Shown here one piece after another: positions 45,363 through 54,535 of a stretch of 64,000 nucleotides of DNA. Both the position numbers and the translations under genes were made by a program. Under the pieces are notes generated by a model. That model was not told the DNA's origin, ran no database searches, and saw nothing but the letters and a program-made list of their open reading frames with translations. The stretch is from a virus, in the IMG/VR virus record IMGVR_UViG_3300045988_132725, one strand, 5' to 3'. Numbering within the stretch: position 1 is the stretch's first letter; every line of letters begins with the position of its first letter.

Positions 45363-45455
45363 TATTTTGCAATATATTGTAGTCAAATCAAAGCATGAAG
45401 GCGTTTGCGAGAGATCGTAGGCGCTTTTTTTTATGCCTAAAAATCAAGGAATAAT

Positions 45456-45689
45456 ATGAAAACAAATCTTACATCTGGTTTAATTGTCGCTATGGTAGAG
45501 CTTGCGAAATCTAACAACTATTGTGGTTGTATGCAATATTCGCTAACTCATGATTTATGTTTCTCGTGCGGTTTTAGTGCTAGTAATGTAAAGTTACTTA
45601 GTGCCCTTGTATCCGTATGTCTCGCTTCAAAGGTAAGTTTTGAGGTGAGTTATTCGGGACTTGGAGCCGTGAATTTTAGATGCGAATAA
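45456..45689 (+). CDS. hypothetical Cys-rich 77-aa protein
   Basis: Isolated ORF after the vapD T-run. Confidence 0.4.
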   Translation: MKTNLTSGLIVAMVELAKSNNYCGCMQYSLTHDLCFSCGFSASNVKLLSALVSVCLASKVSFEVSYSGLGAVNFRCE

Positions 45690-45698
45690 TAAAATAAC

Positions 45699-45868
45699 TC
45701 CCCTTACCGGTCTATGATTCCGGTTGAAAATCGTTGAAGATTATAAGGGGACACTTCAGAGAAAGCCGAGAGGATTGCGCACATCCTACCAATATTAAGT
45801 ATAGCGATCCCAGAGTACGTCAGGGGCGTTTGAACGTGACTTAACTGTTACGGCTCGGGATTGCTATA
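45699..45868 (+). ncRNA. candidate structured RNA (two long helices, AGGATTGCG repeats)
   Basis: TCCCCTTA (45699-45706) pairs with TAAGGGGA (45744-45751), enclosing ACCGG/CCGGT. A 15-bp helix forms between 45800-45815 and 45854-45868 with a G-U pair valid only on the plus strand. Confidence 0.4.
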
Positions 45869-45934
45869 TCCTTTCTTCTAGGATTGCGGAGTTGATATTG
45901 AGAGTAATAAATTAAAATAAAAGGAGAAAATAAT

Positions 45935-46159
45935 ATGAAGACGATACTATTAATGATTATGGGGCTTATTTGCTTTTGTGCGGTAAGTAGTTGGGAGTAT
46001 TCTACCACTTTGGAGGAGAGAATGAATACTATTCCGGATTCGGTTTATGAGTATATAATATTGAAATTGGGAGACGATGCTACAAATTCTCAAATTCTCT
46101 CATACTATGATAACCATAGAATTGAATGCGATCAAATAGAACTAGAGAATATGAATTAG
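45935..46159 (+). CDS. secreted/membrane-anchored small protein (74 aa)
   Basis: N-terminal signal-like MKTILLMIMGLICFCAVSS. AAGGAG lies 8 nt upstream. Confidence 0.5.
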   Translation: MKTILLMIMGLICFCAVSSWEYSTTLEERMNTIPDSVYEYIILKLGDDATNSQILSYYDNHRIECDQIELENMN

Positions 46160-46174
46160 ATAAAAAAGAAAACA

Positions 46175-46849
46175 ATGAAAAGAGAAGAAAATGCACTGAT
46201 TTATGCTGATTGTAAATATAAGATTGGCGAGTTTGTATACGTTTTTGAGATGTTTGAGATCAAGAGAAGAAAGATATTGTCTATAACCTTTGGAGATAGC
46301 GCCCAGACATTAAAGAGAACCAGATTCGAGGAAGATCGGCATATTAAAAACGAGAAAGAGGTTTCTTATGTGTTAACTACATATGAGACATATCATGAGA
46401 GTGAGTTATTTAAGACAAGGTTGGAGCTAGAGAATGGGCTGTTAAAATCTTTATTGCCTCAGCTTTGCGCAAGCTCTATCTTGGAAATGATTAATGGCAA
46501 TCAGGTTGTAAGAGAGACCATTATTAATCTTGCCATGTCCGAGAATATGAATATAATTAAGGCGAAAATCAAGAAAGAGGAAAAACCTAAGATCCTAAAA
46601 GAGATATACGCTGAGGAATTACCGAAAATTAGGGAAGAAATAGAACAAAAAGAACGCCCTAAGATTGTCGAGCGAATTATACAGGAGGAAACGGCTATCA
46701 TGGCTGATAAAATTACAAAGGAAATTAAAACTGAATCTTACAATAATGGTTGGGAGAATGGTTATGCGGAGGCTATCAAGAAAGTCAAGAATGATATTCC
46801 CAGTCAAATAAATGACTTAGTGGCGAACGTATTTGGATTAGTATCATAA
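46175..46849 (+). CDS. hypothetical protein (224 aa)
   Basis: Packed co-oriented ORF. Confidence 0.55.
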   Translation: MKREENALIYADCKYKIGEFVYVFEMFEIKRRKILSITFGDSAQTLKRTRFEEDRHIKNEKEVSYVLTTYETYHESELFKTRLELENGLLKSLLPQLCASSILEMINGNQVVRETIINLAMSENMNIIKAKIKKEEKPKILKEIYAEELPKIREEIEQKERPKIVERIIQEETAIMADKITKEIKTESYNNGWENGYAEAIKKVKNDIPSQINDLVANVFGLVS

Positions 46850-46860
46850 AAATTATAGTC

Positions 46861-47115
46861 ATGTCAGATAACAAGTTAGACGTAACGGTCATCCAGAAAC
46901 CCGATCAATCATATATGGTCGCAATCACTTATATACATCTGGATCGCAACAAGGATAAAGAGAAGAGACAAATGGTAAGCGAGACAACCTATCGTTGGAA
47001 CTCTCGATCAAAAGAGGTTATAGATTTCCTCAAGTTTAAGCGCACGAAAGTATTTTATTCCCAAGTTCGTGCCATGTGCAAGCATTACGGGCAAAGGGAA
47101 TTTAGGAGGTATTAA
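46861..47115 (+). CDS. hypothetical protein (84 aa)
   Basis: Packed co-oriented ORF. Confidence 0.5.
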   Translation: MSDNKLDVTVIQKPDQSYMVAITYIHLDRNKDKEKRQMVSETTYRWNSRSKEVIDFLKFKRTKVFYSQVRAMCKHYGQREFRRY

Positions 47116-47154
47116 AGTAACGTGTCATAGATAATAATTAAATTGTTTATTGTG

Positions 47155-47180
47155 GCGGCTGGTTCGTGAGAATAGGCCGT
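47155..47180 (+). ncRNA. conserved GUGA-capped hairpin, copy A
   Basis: GCGGCT-GGTTCGTGAGAATA-GGCCGT. The 14-nt core is identical to copy B and the closing stem differs but still pairs. Confidence 0.5.
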
Positions 47181-47227
47181 TTAAAAAGATATTGTGTGTT
47201 TTTTATGGTATTATTTAGTAGTGTTTG

Positions 47228-47262
47228 CCACGATTGTCTGAGAAGATAGTCGTGGTTTTTTA
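47228..47262 (+). terminator. rho-independent terminator
   Basis: CCACGA pairs with TCGTGG, followed by TTTTTTATT. Confidence 0.6.
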
Positions 47263-47344
47263 TTCTCTAATCGTGAACATGGGAGGGAGGTACGTATGTC
47301 ATTCGATTGACATTAGAGAGCTTAATAATAAAATAGGATGTGAT

Positions 47345-48046
47345 ATGAAAACAATTTATTTAAGTCTGTATAAGTTCGATGAATTATCGAAGGAAGCTCA
47401 ACAAAATGTAATAGAAAAAGAGCGATGGAATATAATGTGGCAGTGTATGGATTGTTATGGTTCAGACTATAAAGCATCTTTAGAAAAGTTTGATACGTTG
47501 ATGGGTACTGAGGCTTGTGATTATAGTGTTGATTATAGTGGTTACGATTTTAATTACAAAATCAATGATATGGTTATATGTGTAAATCCTATTGATTGCG
47601 ACAAGGATATTTACCCTAATAATTTATGTGGAAAATTATTGTTTAGGTATATCAATAACAATATTATGCCATATATCACGAAGGGGAAATATTATTCTAC
47701 AGGTAAATATATAGATGGAAAATATAATTACAAATGTAGGCGCAGTCGAGTAATGTTGGAATACAAAGACAATTGCCCATTAACAGGGATGTGCTATGAT
47801 TTTTATCTTCTTAAACCAATAATTGATTATTACGACACTTGGTGTACTTACCCGGAGAATTTTTCTTTAGAGGATCTAATAGAAAAATGTTATAATAGTT
47901 TTTTCAAGACTTGGCATGAGGAATATGAGTATTGGGCTGATGATGAAGATGCGATACGTGAAGAGCTTCATTATAATCAGTATGAAGATCGACTCTATTA
48001 TGAGAATGGGGATGTATATGTTGGACCATTAAATGAAATAGCATGA
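47345..48046 (+). CDS. hypothetical protein (233 aa)
   Basis: ATG 47345 is preferred because the track's TTG start at 47225 lies inside the terminator. Confidence 0.55.
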   Translation: MKTIYLSLYKFDELSKEAQQNVIEKERWNIMWQCMDCYGSDYKASLEKFDTLMGTEACDYSVDYSGYDFNYKINDMVICVNPIDCDKDIYPNNLCGKLLFRYINNNIMPYITKGKYYSTGKYIDGKYNYKCRRSRVMLEYKDNCPLTGMCYDFYLLKPIIDYYDTWCTYPENFSLEDLIEKCYNSFFKTWHEEYEYWADDEDAIREELHYNQYEDRLYYENGDVYVGPLNEIA

Positions 48047-48435
48047 AAACACAAGAAGAATATGCTCGTGAGATTGATGAGATCGTTCGCCGGGATGTAG
48101 AAAGCTGCCAGAGTGATTGGTTTAAAATCGACAAGGAAATATTTATGCAACCAGAGAACAAGAATAAGACATTTATCCTTGGAACCCGAAAGACCGGATG
48201 TGATTTACTGATATTGGGAGGTATTAATTGTAATGAAGGTACTTTGGATAGAATTTTCGGATGTCTCGGAAATGAAAAATTCTATGTTTGTCAACCGATA
48301 GCTTTTTATCAAACACTACAAAATATCCAAAAAAGACTTGCCTTGTACGCTTTTAAAATAGCAACTGCATATTTCAGAGGGCAAGGTTTGGTTCCTGTAT
48401 TTGAAGATTCACATTGTAAATTAATAAAGCTATAA
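48043..48435 (+). CDS. hypothetical protein (130 aa)
   Basis: ATGA overlap with the upstream gene. Confidence 0.55.
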   Translation: MKTQEEYAREIDEIVRRDVESCQSDWFKIDKEIFMQPENKNKTFILGTRKTGCDLLILGGINCNEGTLDRIFGCLGNEKFYVCQPIAFYQTLQNIQKRLALYAFKIATAYFRGQGLVPVFEDSHCKLIKL

Positions 48436-48446
48436 ATATAAAGCAT

Positions 48447-49019
48447 ATGAAAACTTTAGTTTTACCATCGGTAACTGACTTGTCTCATGAATTCCTCTTC
48501 ATAACAAAAGACGAATTAAAATATAGAAGATTGTATAATAAATACAAGACGAAGAAGGGTTTTTTAAATTCACTGGTTCGTGTTAATGATAACTATAAGC
48601 AACGGTCTGAAAAACCAGACGTGCATATACTTGAAATTGAATTAGAGTGGAAAAATAGTCGTACTTGGGGATACTGTCCTGTTGCTTCAATGAGATGGCT
48701 GGATAAAGACGGTTGGCATTATGAAAATAACTTTTCAACAGCTTCCGGATGTGGATACGATAAAGCAAGTACAGTCGTTGCTGAGTGCTGTAATGCTGTT
48801 TTGTCTGGCATGCTATGGAGAAAGAAGCGCACTAAGAAGCAAATACCTTATGGGGTTTCTATATATAACACTTTTTACCCTCATTTTAATGGAGGTGTTG
48901 GAATGAGTTGCTATTATAGAATTGCAGAATTTCTTGGAGGTAAACTAGAACAAATAGCTAATGCTCAAATGTATGATAAATATGTATTTACATTTAAGAA
49001 TGTTAGGAACAATATGTGA
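48447..49019 (+). CDS. hypothetical protein (190 aa)
   Basis: Packed ORF with a conserved-looking WGYCP...SGCGYDKAST block. Family not recognised. Confidence 0.55.
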   Translation: MKTLVLPSVTDLSHEFLFITKDELKYRRLYNKYKTKKGFLNSLVRVNDNYKQRSEKPDVHILEIELEWKNSRTWGYCPVASMRWLDKDGWHYENNFSTASGCGYDKASTVVAECCNAVLSGMLWRKKRTKKQIPYGVSIYNTFYPHFNGGVGMSCYYRIAEFLGGKLEQIANAQMYDKYVFTFKNVRNNM

Positions 49020-49135
49020 TACATAATTACATAACATTAAAATTAGCCAGCAAGACAATGGGTTTACTGGCTTGCTTTTTATCTGGAGGTTAGTTGTGAA
49101 TTTTCTATAAAAGATGGACAGCTATTCACTCCTTA

Positions 49136-50236
49136 ATGTCTTCAATAACACTATTCGATAATAAAAACTTAACTGATATGAATAATAAAATGGTCGCTCA
49201 CTTATGGGCAAACGAGCAACAAGAATCTGCAAGTGGTAGTAATTTCTTCTTTAAGGGTGCAAGTATATATTCCTATGGCCGACATTTTGAAGCTGGGCGT
49301 ATTGTTAGAAATGAACATGGCGAGAAAGCTTATTTGATTAATAAATGTTCTTACTCCAGTTCTACATCAAAACACCAATGTTATGTTTGGCATGCTATAC
49401 CAACTGGATCAATGGTTTTCTCTGTTGGATACAATATGAGTAATTCTGGTAGCATGTCGTTTGTGGTAAATCAACTGGAAGCTATTAAAAACTCAGCAGA
49501 GAGATACAAGAAAGCCAGAACTGAAATCTTCTATCACGCTATATGGCAACCTTTTACAAGCTTGATGGCTTACATTGGGTTCTTTGATCTTGGGACTCCA
49601 AAACAATTGCTCAAAAAGAATGTAAATGAATGGCTTGGAACAAAACACGAATTAGCGTGGAAATCTGATAAAGTGAAACGGGAACATGTTCGTGAGCTGA
49701 AACGTATCTTCCAGATTATGTTAAGTCATCAATCACTGGATATTCTGGGTACAGTAAATGTGATTGTTGATGAAATATGTGGGGAAGGGACATGGATTAG
49801 CTATATCGAGAGATGTCAAAAGTTTCGTGCTGCCCAAGAAGATCGGGAGGCTAAAAGAATAGAAAAAGCAAGGGTTGAAAATGAAACCCGAAAGAAAACA
49901 TTGAAAGAAAGAATCCAGATGTGGAAGGCTGGTGAAATCCGGGAATTAAATAATCCAGTGATATATGATATATATGAACCTAATGTTTGGCTCCGTATAA
50001 AAAATGGAAAAATTGAAACCAGCAAAGGGATTAAATTATCTCAGACTGAAGCTGAAAGACTTTGGAAACGTATTAAGTCCTTCCATGGTGGTGCTCAATT
50101 TCAACATGATTTAGCAAGAGATTCTTCGGGTAACGATTGGGCCTTTAATAATTATCAAAACGATATACTTACTGCCGGATGTCACAGGATTGCGTATAGT
50201 GAGATGGAAAGTATTGCGAAACAACTGGGATGGTAA
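49136..50236 (+). CDS. hypothetical protein (366 aa)
   Basis: Long co-oriented ORF. No motif recognised. Confidence 0.6.
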   Translation: MSSITLFDNKNLTDMNNKMVAHLWANEQQESASGSNFFFKGASIYSYGRHFEAGRIVRNEHGEKAYLINKCSYSSSTSKHQCYVWHAIPTGSMVFSVGYNMSNSGSMSFVVNQLEAIKNSAERYKKARTEIFYHAIWQPFTSLMAYIGFFDLGTPKQLLKKNVNEWLGTKHELAWKSDKVKREHVRELKRIFQIMLSHQSLDILGTVNVIVDEICGEGTWISYIERCQKFRAAQEDREAKRIEKARVENETRKKTLKERIQMWKAGEIRELNNPVIYDIYEPNVWLRIKNGKIETSKGIKLSQTEAERLWKRIKSFHGGAQFQHDLARDSSGNDWAFNNYQNDILTAGCHRIAYSEMESIAKQLGW

Positions 50237-50258
50237 TTCTGGATAAAATAGATAAGCT

Positions 50259-50510
50259 ATGAAATATTATGTAGAAGGCGAACTAAGAAACTTCATTTTT
50301 GTTGGTGAAGCCAAGAGAAATGCTAATATGCTAACCTGTAAGCAATTAGATGTCGTAGAGGAAATGCTTGAGGAGATCGAGCCGAATGAAGGATGGTCGG
50401 AAACGGCCATCAATGACATGTTTTGGTTCGATTTTGATACCATTTGCAGATGGCTAGGATATGAGAGCCAAGGAGAGTTGGTAAAGGAAATTAAAAATAA
50501 TAGGGTATGA
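50259..50510 (+). CDS. hypothetical acidic protein (83 aa)
   Basis: Packed ORF. Confidence 0.5.
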   Translation: MKYYVEGELRNFIFVGEAKRNANMLTCKQLDVVEEMLEEIEPNEGWSETAINDMFWFDFDTICRWLGYESQGELVKEIKNNRV

Positions 50511-50545
50511 TACAAAAAATATAAAAATGAAATGGAGGAAGAGAA

Positions 50546-50851
50546 ATGAAATCGAATTTTGAATTATGGAAGGAAGGTAAACTGTCTATGTTTATCGTGT
50601 CATTCACAATTAATGGTAATGGCGTGAGTGGATCTGATAGTATAACATATTCTGAAGCTGAAGCAAAGGAGTATTTATCCAAATGCTGTAACGAATTTGC
50701 AGGAACAGGTTTTAAAGGTTTATTAGAGATAAGGGTTTACAACCCAGACATGGAAGACAGAGGTCAATATGACAGTGAGGATCAAATCTTTGAGGATTGT
50801 GATTATTACTTAGGAGTAGATCCTTATTTCTCTGAAACAAAGAAATTGTAG
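50546..50851 (+). CDS. hypothetical acidic protein (101 aa)
   Basis: Packed ORF. Confidence 0.5.
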   Translation: MKSNFELWKEGKLSMFIVSFTINGNGVSGSDSITYSEAEAKEYLSKCCNEFAGTGFKGLLEIRVYNPDMEDRGQYDSEDQIFEDCDYYLGVDPYFSETKKL

Positions 50852-50879
50852 ATGATTTATTAGCTGAAAATAAAAAGCC

Positions 50880-51152
50880 ATGAAAAGGAAAACAAGAATG
50901 TTCGATAAGGAATATATAGAATCTGCCAACAAAAAGATTTGGCAGGTTCTCAATGATGAAAAAGAGTATGACGATTGGACACAGATTTGTTTTTCCATGA
51001 AAGATGCGGTTCAAGCAGCGGCAGATATTTATGGATGTTTGTCTGAGATAGAGATACATAAGCTTTTCAGTTTCTTTCGTGAGATGGTTTATAAAGAAAC
51101 TGAGAATATCCAGACATTTGATATAACATTTAAGAAGAAAGAGGGTGTGTGA
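50880..51152 (+). CDS. hypothetical protein (90 aa)
   Basis: Packed ORF. Confidence 0.5.
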   Translation: MKRKTRMFDKEYIESANKKIWQVLNDEKEYDDWTQICFSMKDAVQAAADIYGCLSEIEIHKLFSFFREMVYKETENIQTFDITFKKKEGV

Positions 51153-51355
51153 TGACTGACGAAAGGATAAAAGAATTTAAGCAAGAATTAGCTCAGTTAC
51201 TTATTAAGTATGATGTGTCTATAGGTTTTACTTGTGGAGAATCTAGTGATACACATGGGCTTTATGATGACCAAGTGGTTATAGAGGATAATAAGACTGG
51301 GAAGAATATAGTGGAGGCAGGTGACTGGTGGTTATCTGCGGAAGATTTAAAATAG
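51149..51355 (+). CDS. hypothetical acidic protein (68 aa)
   Basis: 4-nt overlap with the upstream gene. Confidence 0.5.
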   Translation: MMTDERIKEFKQELAQLLIKYDVSIGFTCGESSDTHGLYDDQVVIEDNKTGKNIVEAGDWWLSAEDLK

Positions 51356-51361
51356 GAGGAT

Positions 51362-51754
51362 ATGAAGGATAAAAATACGACATGGCATGGCATAGATGTC
51401 TCAAAAGAAGTTAGTTTGCTGGAATATAACTTACTTGTACGCTGGGATCGATCAAAACAATCGTTCCAGTGTATTTACAAGATAGGAATGGATAGATGGG
51501 GAATAGCTTTTATGGCTAACCGTGAGATAGATCAAATTATAATGGAGGAATGGTTTGATCTGGGTAGTTTTCAAAGTTTTGTTGGTATTCCTATAGGTTC
51601 TTGGATATCTGGAGATTTTGTATCAAAGGTTCATAATCTTGTATCTTTTATAGGATATGAGAATGTATTTGGGATGACATATTACCCCAAATCCACCAAG
51701 GAGGTTTGCAAGTTATCCAGAGTGGACTATTCCCCGGAATATGCGTATAACTAA
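51362..51754 (+). CDS. hypothetical protein (130 aa)
   Basis: Packed ORF. Confidence 0.5.
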   Translation: MKDKNTTWHGIDVSKEVSLLEYNLLVRWDRSKQSFQCIYKIGMDRWGIAFMANREIDQIIMEEWFDLGSFQSFVGIPIGSWISGDFVSKVHNLVSFIGYENVFGMTYYPKSTKEVCKLSRVDYSPEYAYN

Positions 51755-51766
51755 TAAACTTGACGT

Positions 51767-52537
51767 ATGGCAAGACCAACCAAAACAGGACTTGATTATT
51801 ATTCTTTTGATGTAAATTTCTTTTCAAACAGGAAGATTCGAAAAATCATGCGGGCATGTGGCCCATCTTCTCCTACAATACTTATTTGCTTGCTATGTAA
51901 TATCTACGAATACAAAGGGTATTACATCGAGTGGGACGAAGAATTACCTTTTGATATTGCTGACGATGTTGGGGTATCCGAGGGTGCAGTAAAGGAGGTG
52001 ATGAAGAAAGCTATTGATATTGAGTTTTTTGATAAGGAGATGTACGAGAAGTTCAAAATATTAACATCTAAAGGAATACAAGAAAGGTTTGTTGAAGGGA
52101 CAAGAAAGAGAAAGGATATATCGGTCAAAAAGGAATATTGGATTATTTCAGACATTAACCCTGTTTCTACCGTCAAAAACTCGATTGATGTATCCAGTAA
52201 TAAACAAAGTAAAGTAAATCAAAGTAAAGAAAAGACTCCCTCTAAATCTCCCTCGAAGGAAGGAGGAAAGACATTCTTGAATTTGATTGATAAGAACCCG
52301 CCGAATGATGGCATTCCTAGAAACTGGGATGGACTGAGGAATTTCATGGTCAAATATGGAATAAAGGGACATGAGGCAGACGAGATAATCATACTGTCGA
52401 ATTTTGGTCAGACTTCAGTAGACCCAAATCCACCGATGCCTATTTGGTCATTGAAAATGGAGGTCGAGAAATCTAACGGGAAGATACGTCTTCCGGGAGC
52501 CTTCATTCTGTCCAGATTGAGGACTCAAGCGAACTAG
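51767..52537 (+). CDS. replication initiation/organiser protein (DUF4373, Lin1244-type N-terminal domain)
   Basis: MARPTKTGLDYYSFDVNFFSNRKIRKIMRACG matches the GLDYFP.DVDFF.D.K family start. Confidence 0.55.
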   Translation: MARPTKTGLDYYSFDVNFFSNRKIRKIMRACGPSSPTILICLLCNIYEYKGYYIEWDEELPFDIADDVGVSEGAVKEVMKKAIDIEFFDKEMYEKFKILTSKGIQERFVEGTRKRKDISVKKEYWIISDINPVSTVKNSIDVSSNKQSKVNQSKEKTPSKSPSKEGGKTFLNLIDKNPPNDGIPRNWDGLRNFMVKYGIKGHEADEIIILSNFGQTSVDPNPPMPIWSLKMEVEKSNGKIRLPGAFILSRLRTQAN

Positions 52538-52545
52538 ATATTTGT

Positions 52546-52746
52546 ATGAATAATATGAGAATAGAAAAGATAACCGATTATTCCAAGCCGGAGGAAGGTA
52601 ACAAGTTCCAAGAGCTGGCGCACAAGATATATGTTGGTATTTATCTCCAGTACTATGGGAAAGATACTGGCATATTGGTATGTAAGACCCCAAAATATGG
52701 AAGAACGCTATGGAGCGAGATGGTGAAGATAGTTGATGATAGGTGA
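52546..52746 (+). CDS. hypothetical protein (66 aa)
   Basis: Packed ORF. Confidence 0.45.
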   Translation: MNNMRIEKITDYSKPEEGNKFQELAHKIYVGIYLQYYGKDTGILVCKTPKYGRTLWSEMVKIVDDR

Positions 52747-52779
52747 TAAAAGTAATAACAATCTAAAAAATAAAGATAT

Positions 52780-53019
52780 ATGGATCAATATTTAGCTACA
52801 ATCCAAACAATATTAGACAGATGCGAGGATAATGATACCACTCTTAGTGCCAATGACATGGAAATGATCAAGATCAATCTATGCAAGATAATCCAGATTC
52901 GTTACGGGATAACTCAGCTATGGTTTATCCCACTGGTGGAGAGAATACAAAAGGCTTATGATAAACATTATGATAGAGTTGATAAGTCATGGGAAGAGTT
53001 TATGGGAATAATGTATTAA
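52780..53019 (+). CDS. hypothetical protein (79 aa)
   Basis: Packed ORF. Confidence 0.45.
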   Translation: MDQYLATIQTILDRCEDNDTTLSANDMEMIKINLCKIIQIRYGITQLWFIPLVERIQKAYDKHYDRVDKSWEEFMGIMY

Positions 53020-53040
53020 TCAACGTAATTAAAATAGGCG

Positions 53041-53331
53041 ATGAGTAAAGAATATAAGGCGATAAAGAATTTTATCCATAATGAGCTTGGTCTTACCAAA
53101 GAGGATGTAATCAAGGAGATTAGGCCCTTGATAAAACAAATGACTGAGAGATGTTTCAATAACACTTATGGGAATGATAATAATATACAGGGATGGATTA
53201 GGTGTATGGTAAAAGACGAGATCAACAACAGACATTATAATCTCGTCCCGAAAATGGTCGAAAAAGTGTTACGAGAGGAGATGCTGGGAAATTTAGAGAT
53301 TATTGTAAGAAATAAGAATATAAAGGATTGA
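53041..53331 (+). CDS. hypothetical protein (96 aa)
   Basis: Packed ORF. Confidence 0.45.
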   Translation: MSKEYKAIKNFIHNELGLTKEDVIKEIRPLIKQMTERCFNNTYGNDNNIQGWIRCMVKDEINNRHYNLVPKMVEKVLREEMLGNLEIIVRNKNIKD

Positions 53332-53347
53332 TAATAAATAGCAAGTT

Positions 53348-53581
53348 ATGAAGACAGGAAATTTCAAGAAAGTAAGAGTGATTTTAGCTGGATTAAGAAC
53401 ATCTCAAAATGAGTTCTTAAAATTGACAGAGACTCGAAAAGAATTATTCAAATTACAAAAGGCTACTAAAGATGAAGATGAGAAAGACTATCTAAGCGAT
53501 GCTATAGACGCTTTGGAAAACTTGGATGATTTATTTTGCATGGCGATTGATTCTCTTGAAAACATAGAGGAAGACGATTAG
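53348..53581 (+). CDS. hypothetical protein (77 aa)
   Basis: Packed ORF. Confidence 0.45.
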   Translation: MKTGNFKKVRVILAGLRTSQNEFLKLTETRKELFKLQKATKDEDEKDYLSDAIDALENLDDLFCMAIDSLENIEEDD

Positions 53582-53643
53582 GTATTTATAAATTGCTTGC
53601 GTCATTTTAAAATACTACTTTTGGTAAACCTAAAATTTGTAAT

Positions 53644-53934
53644 ATGGACAATATAGATACAATAAGAGCCGCTTATGCCAGTGCTAAAAAAGGTCGTACA
53701 TCAATAGTGTTTTTTAGAATAGGAACATTCTATATAATTATATTTGATGACGCAAAATTGGTTAGTAAAATTCTTGATTTGACAGTGAAAACAAGGGAAT
53801 GTGACGGATGCGTCGTGGAATACTTATCTTTTGCTGAAGACGAGTTATTTAACATAGTTCGAGATTTGAACTCATCTTCCATTATCCCATGCACTATTAT
53901 TGAGACTGAGGAATTTGATTTTTTAGTAGATTAA
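53644..53934 (+). CDS. hypothetical protein (96 aa)
   Basis: Packed ORF. Confidence 0.45.
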   Translation: MDNIDTIRAAYASAKKGRTSIVFFRIGTFYIIIFDDAKLVSKILDLTVKTRECDGCVVEYLSFAEDELFNIVRDLNSSSIIPCTIIETEEFDFLVD

Positions 53935-53944
53935 TTTTTGTAAG

Positions 53945-54283
53945 ATGAAAATATTAGGGAAAATATGGAATTTGTCAATGGTAATATTGGCATTTCCATT
54001 TAAAATCATTTGGGCATTTGGTGTTGTTTGGGGTAACGCCTCTTCTGCTCAAAAAAGGGAATACCAAAGTGCCTTTTGGTGGTCTATCATCATATTCGTA
54101 GCTCCGGTCATGATGATGTGGAAAAGTTGCGAATTGAGACCTGTCGTTAAAAAGAGAAACGCATTGATTAAGGTAAATTGTGAGGGTGCAAAATCTTTTT
54201 CAACCAATGAAGTTGAGGAAGCTTACCAATATGGACTTGAGCAAGGTTGGTTTGATAAACATCCAGAGTTAAAAAAATACTAG
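53945..54283 (+). CDS. membrane protein (112 aa, 2 TM)
   Basis: MVILAFPFKIIWAFGVVWG and WWSIIIFVAPVMMMW are TM helices. Confidence 0.5.
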   Translation: MKILGKIWNLSMVILAFPFKIIWAFGVVWGNASSAQKREYQSAFWWSIIIFVAPVMMMWKSCELRPVVKKRNALIKVNCEGAKSFSTNEVEEAYQYGLEQGWFDKHPELKKY

Positions 54284-54473
54284 AAAAAATTATATATAAA
54301 TAATTTGGTAAAGTTGGAATATAATGGTTGGTTTTATTTTGCTATATGTCAGTATTTTATAAATTGTAAATTATAAAATACTGTGTTTTTATTGGTTGTG
54401 TATTTTTTATATAATAATGCAATTATAAATCGTTATTATGTAGTGTTTTATAAAAAAAATAATCGCTTAAAAG

Positions 54474-54506
54474 TTTGTGATTTAAAATATAATTTACATA
54501 TCTTTG
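54474..54506 (+). promoter_or_regulatory. Bacteroidota-type promoter TTTG-N21-TATCTTTG
   Basis: TTTG at 54474-54477 and TAtcTTTG at 54499-54506, in a 250-bp AT-rich gap. Confidence 0.6.
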
Positions 54507-54535
54507 CGGTGTTAAAACGATAAAATAGAATAAAA

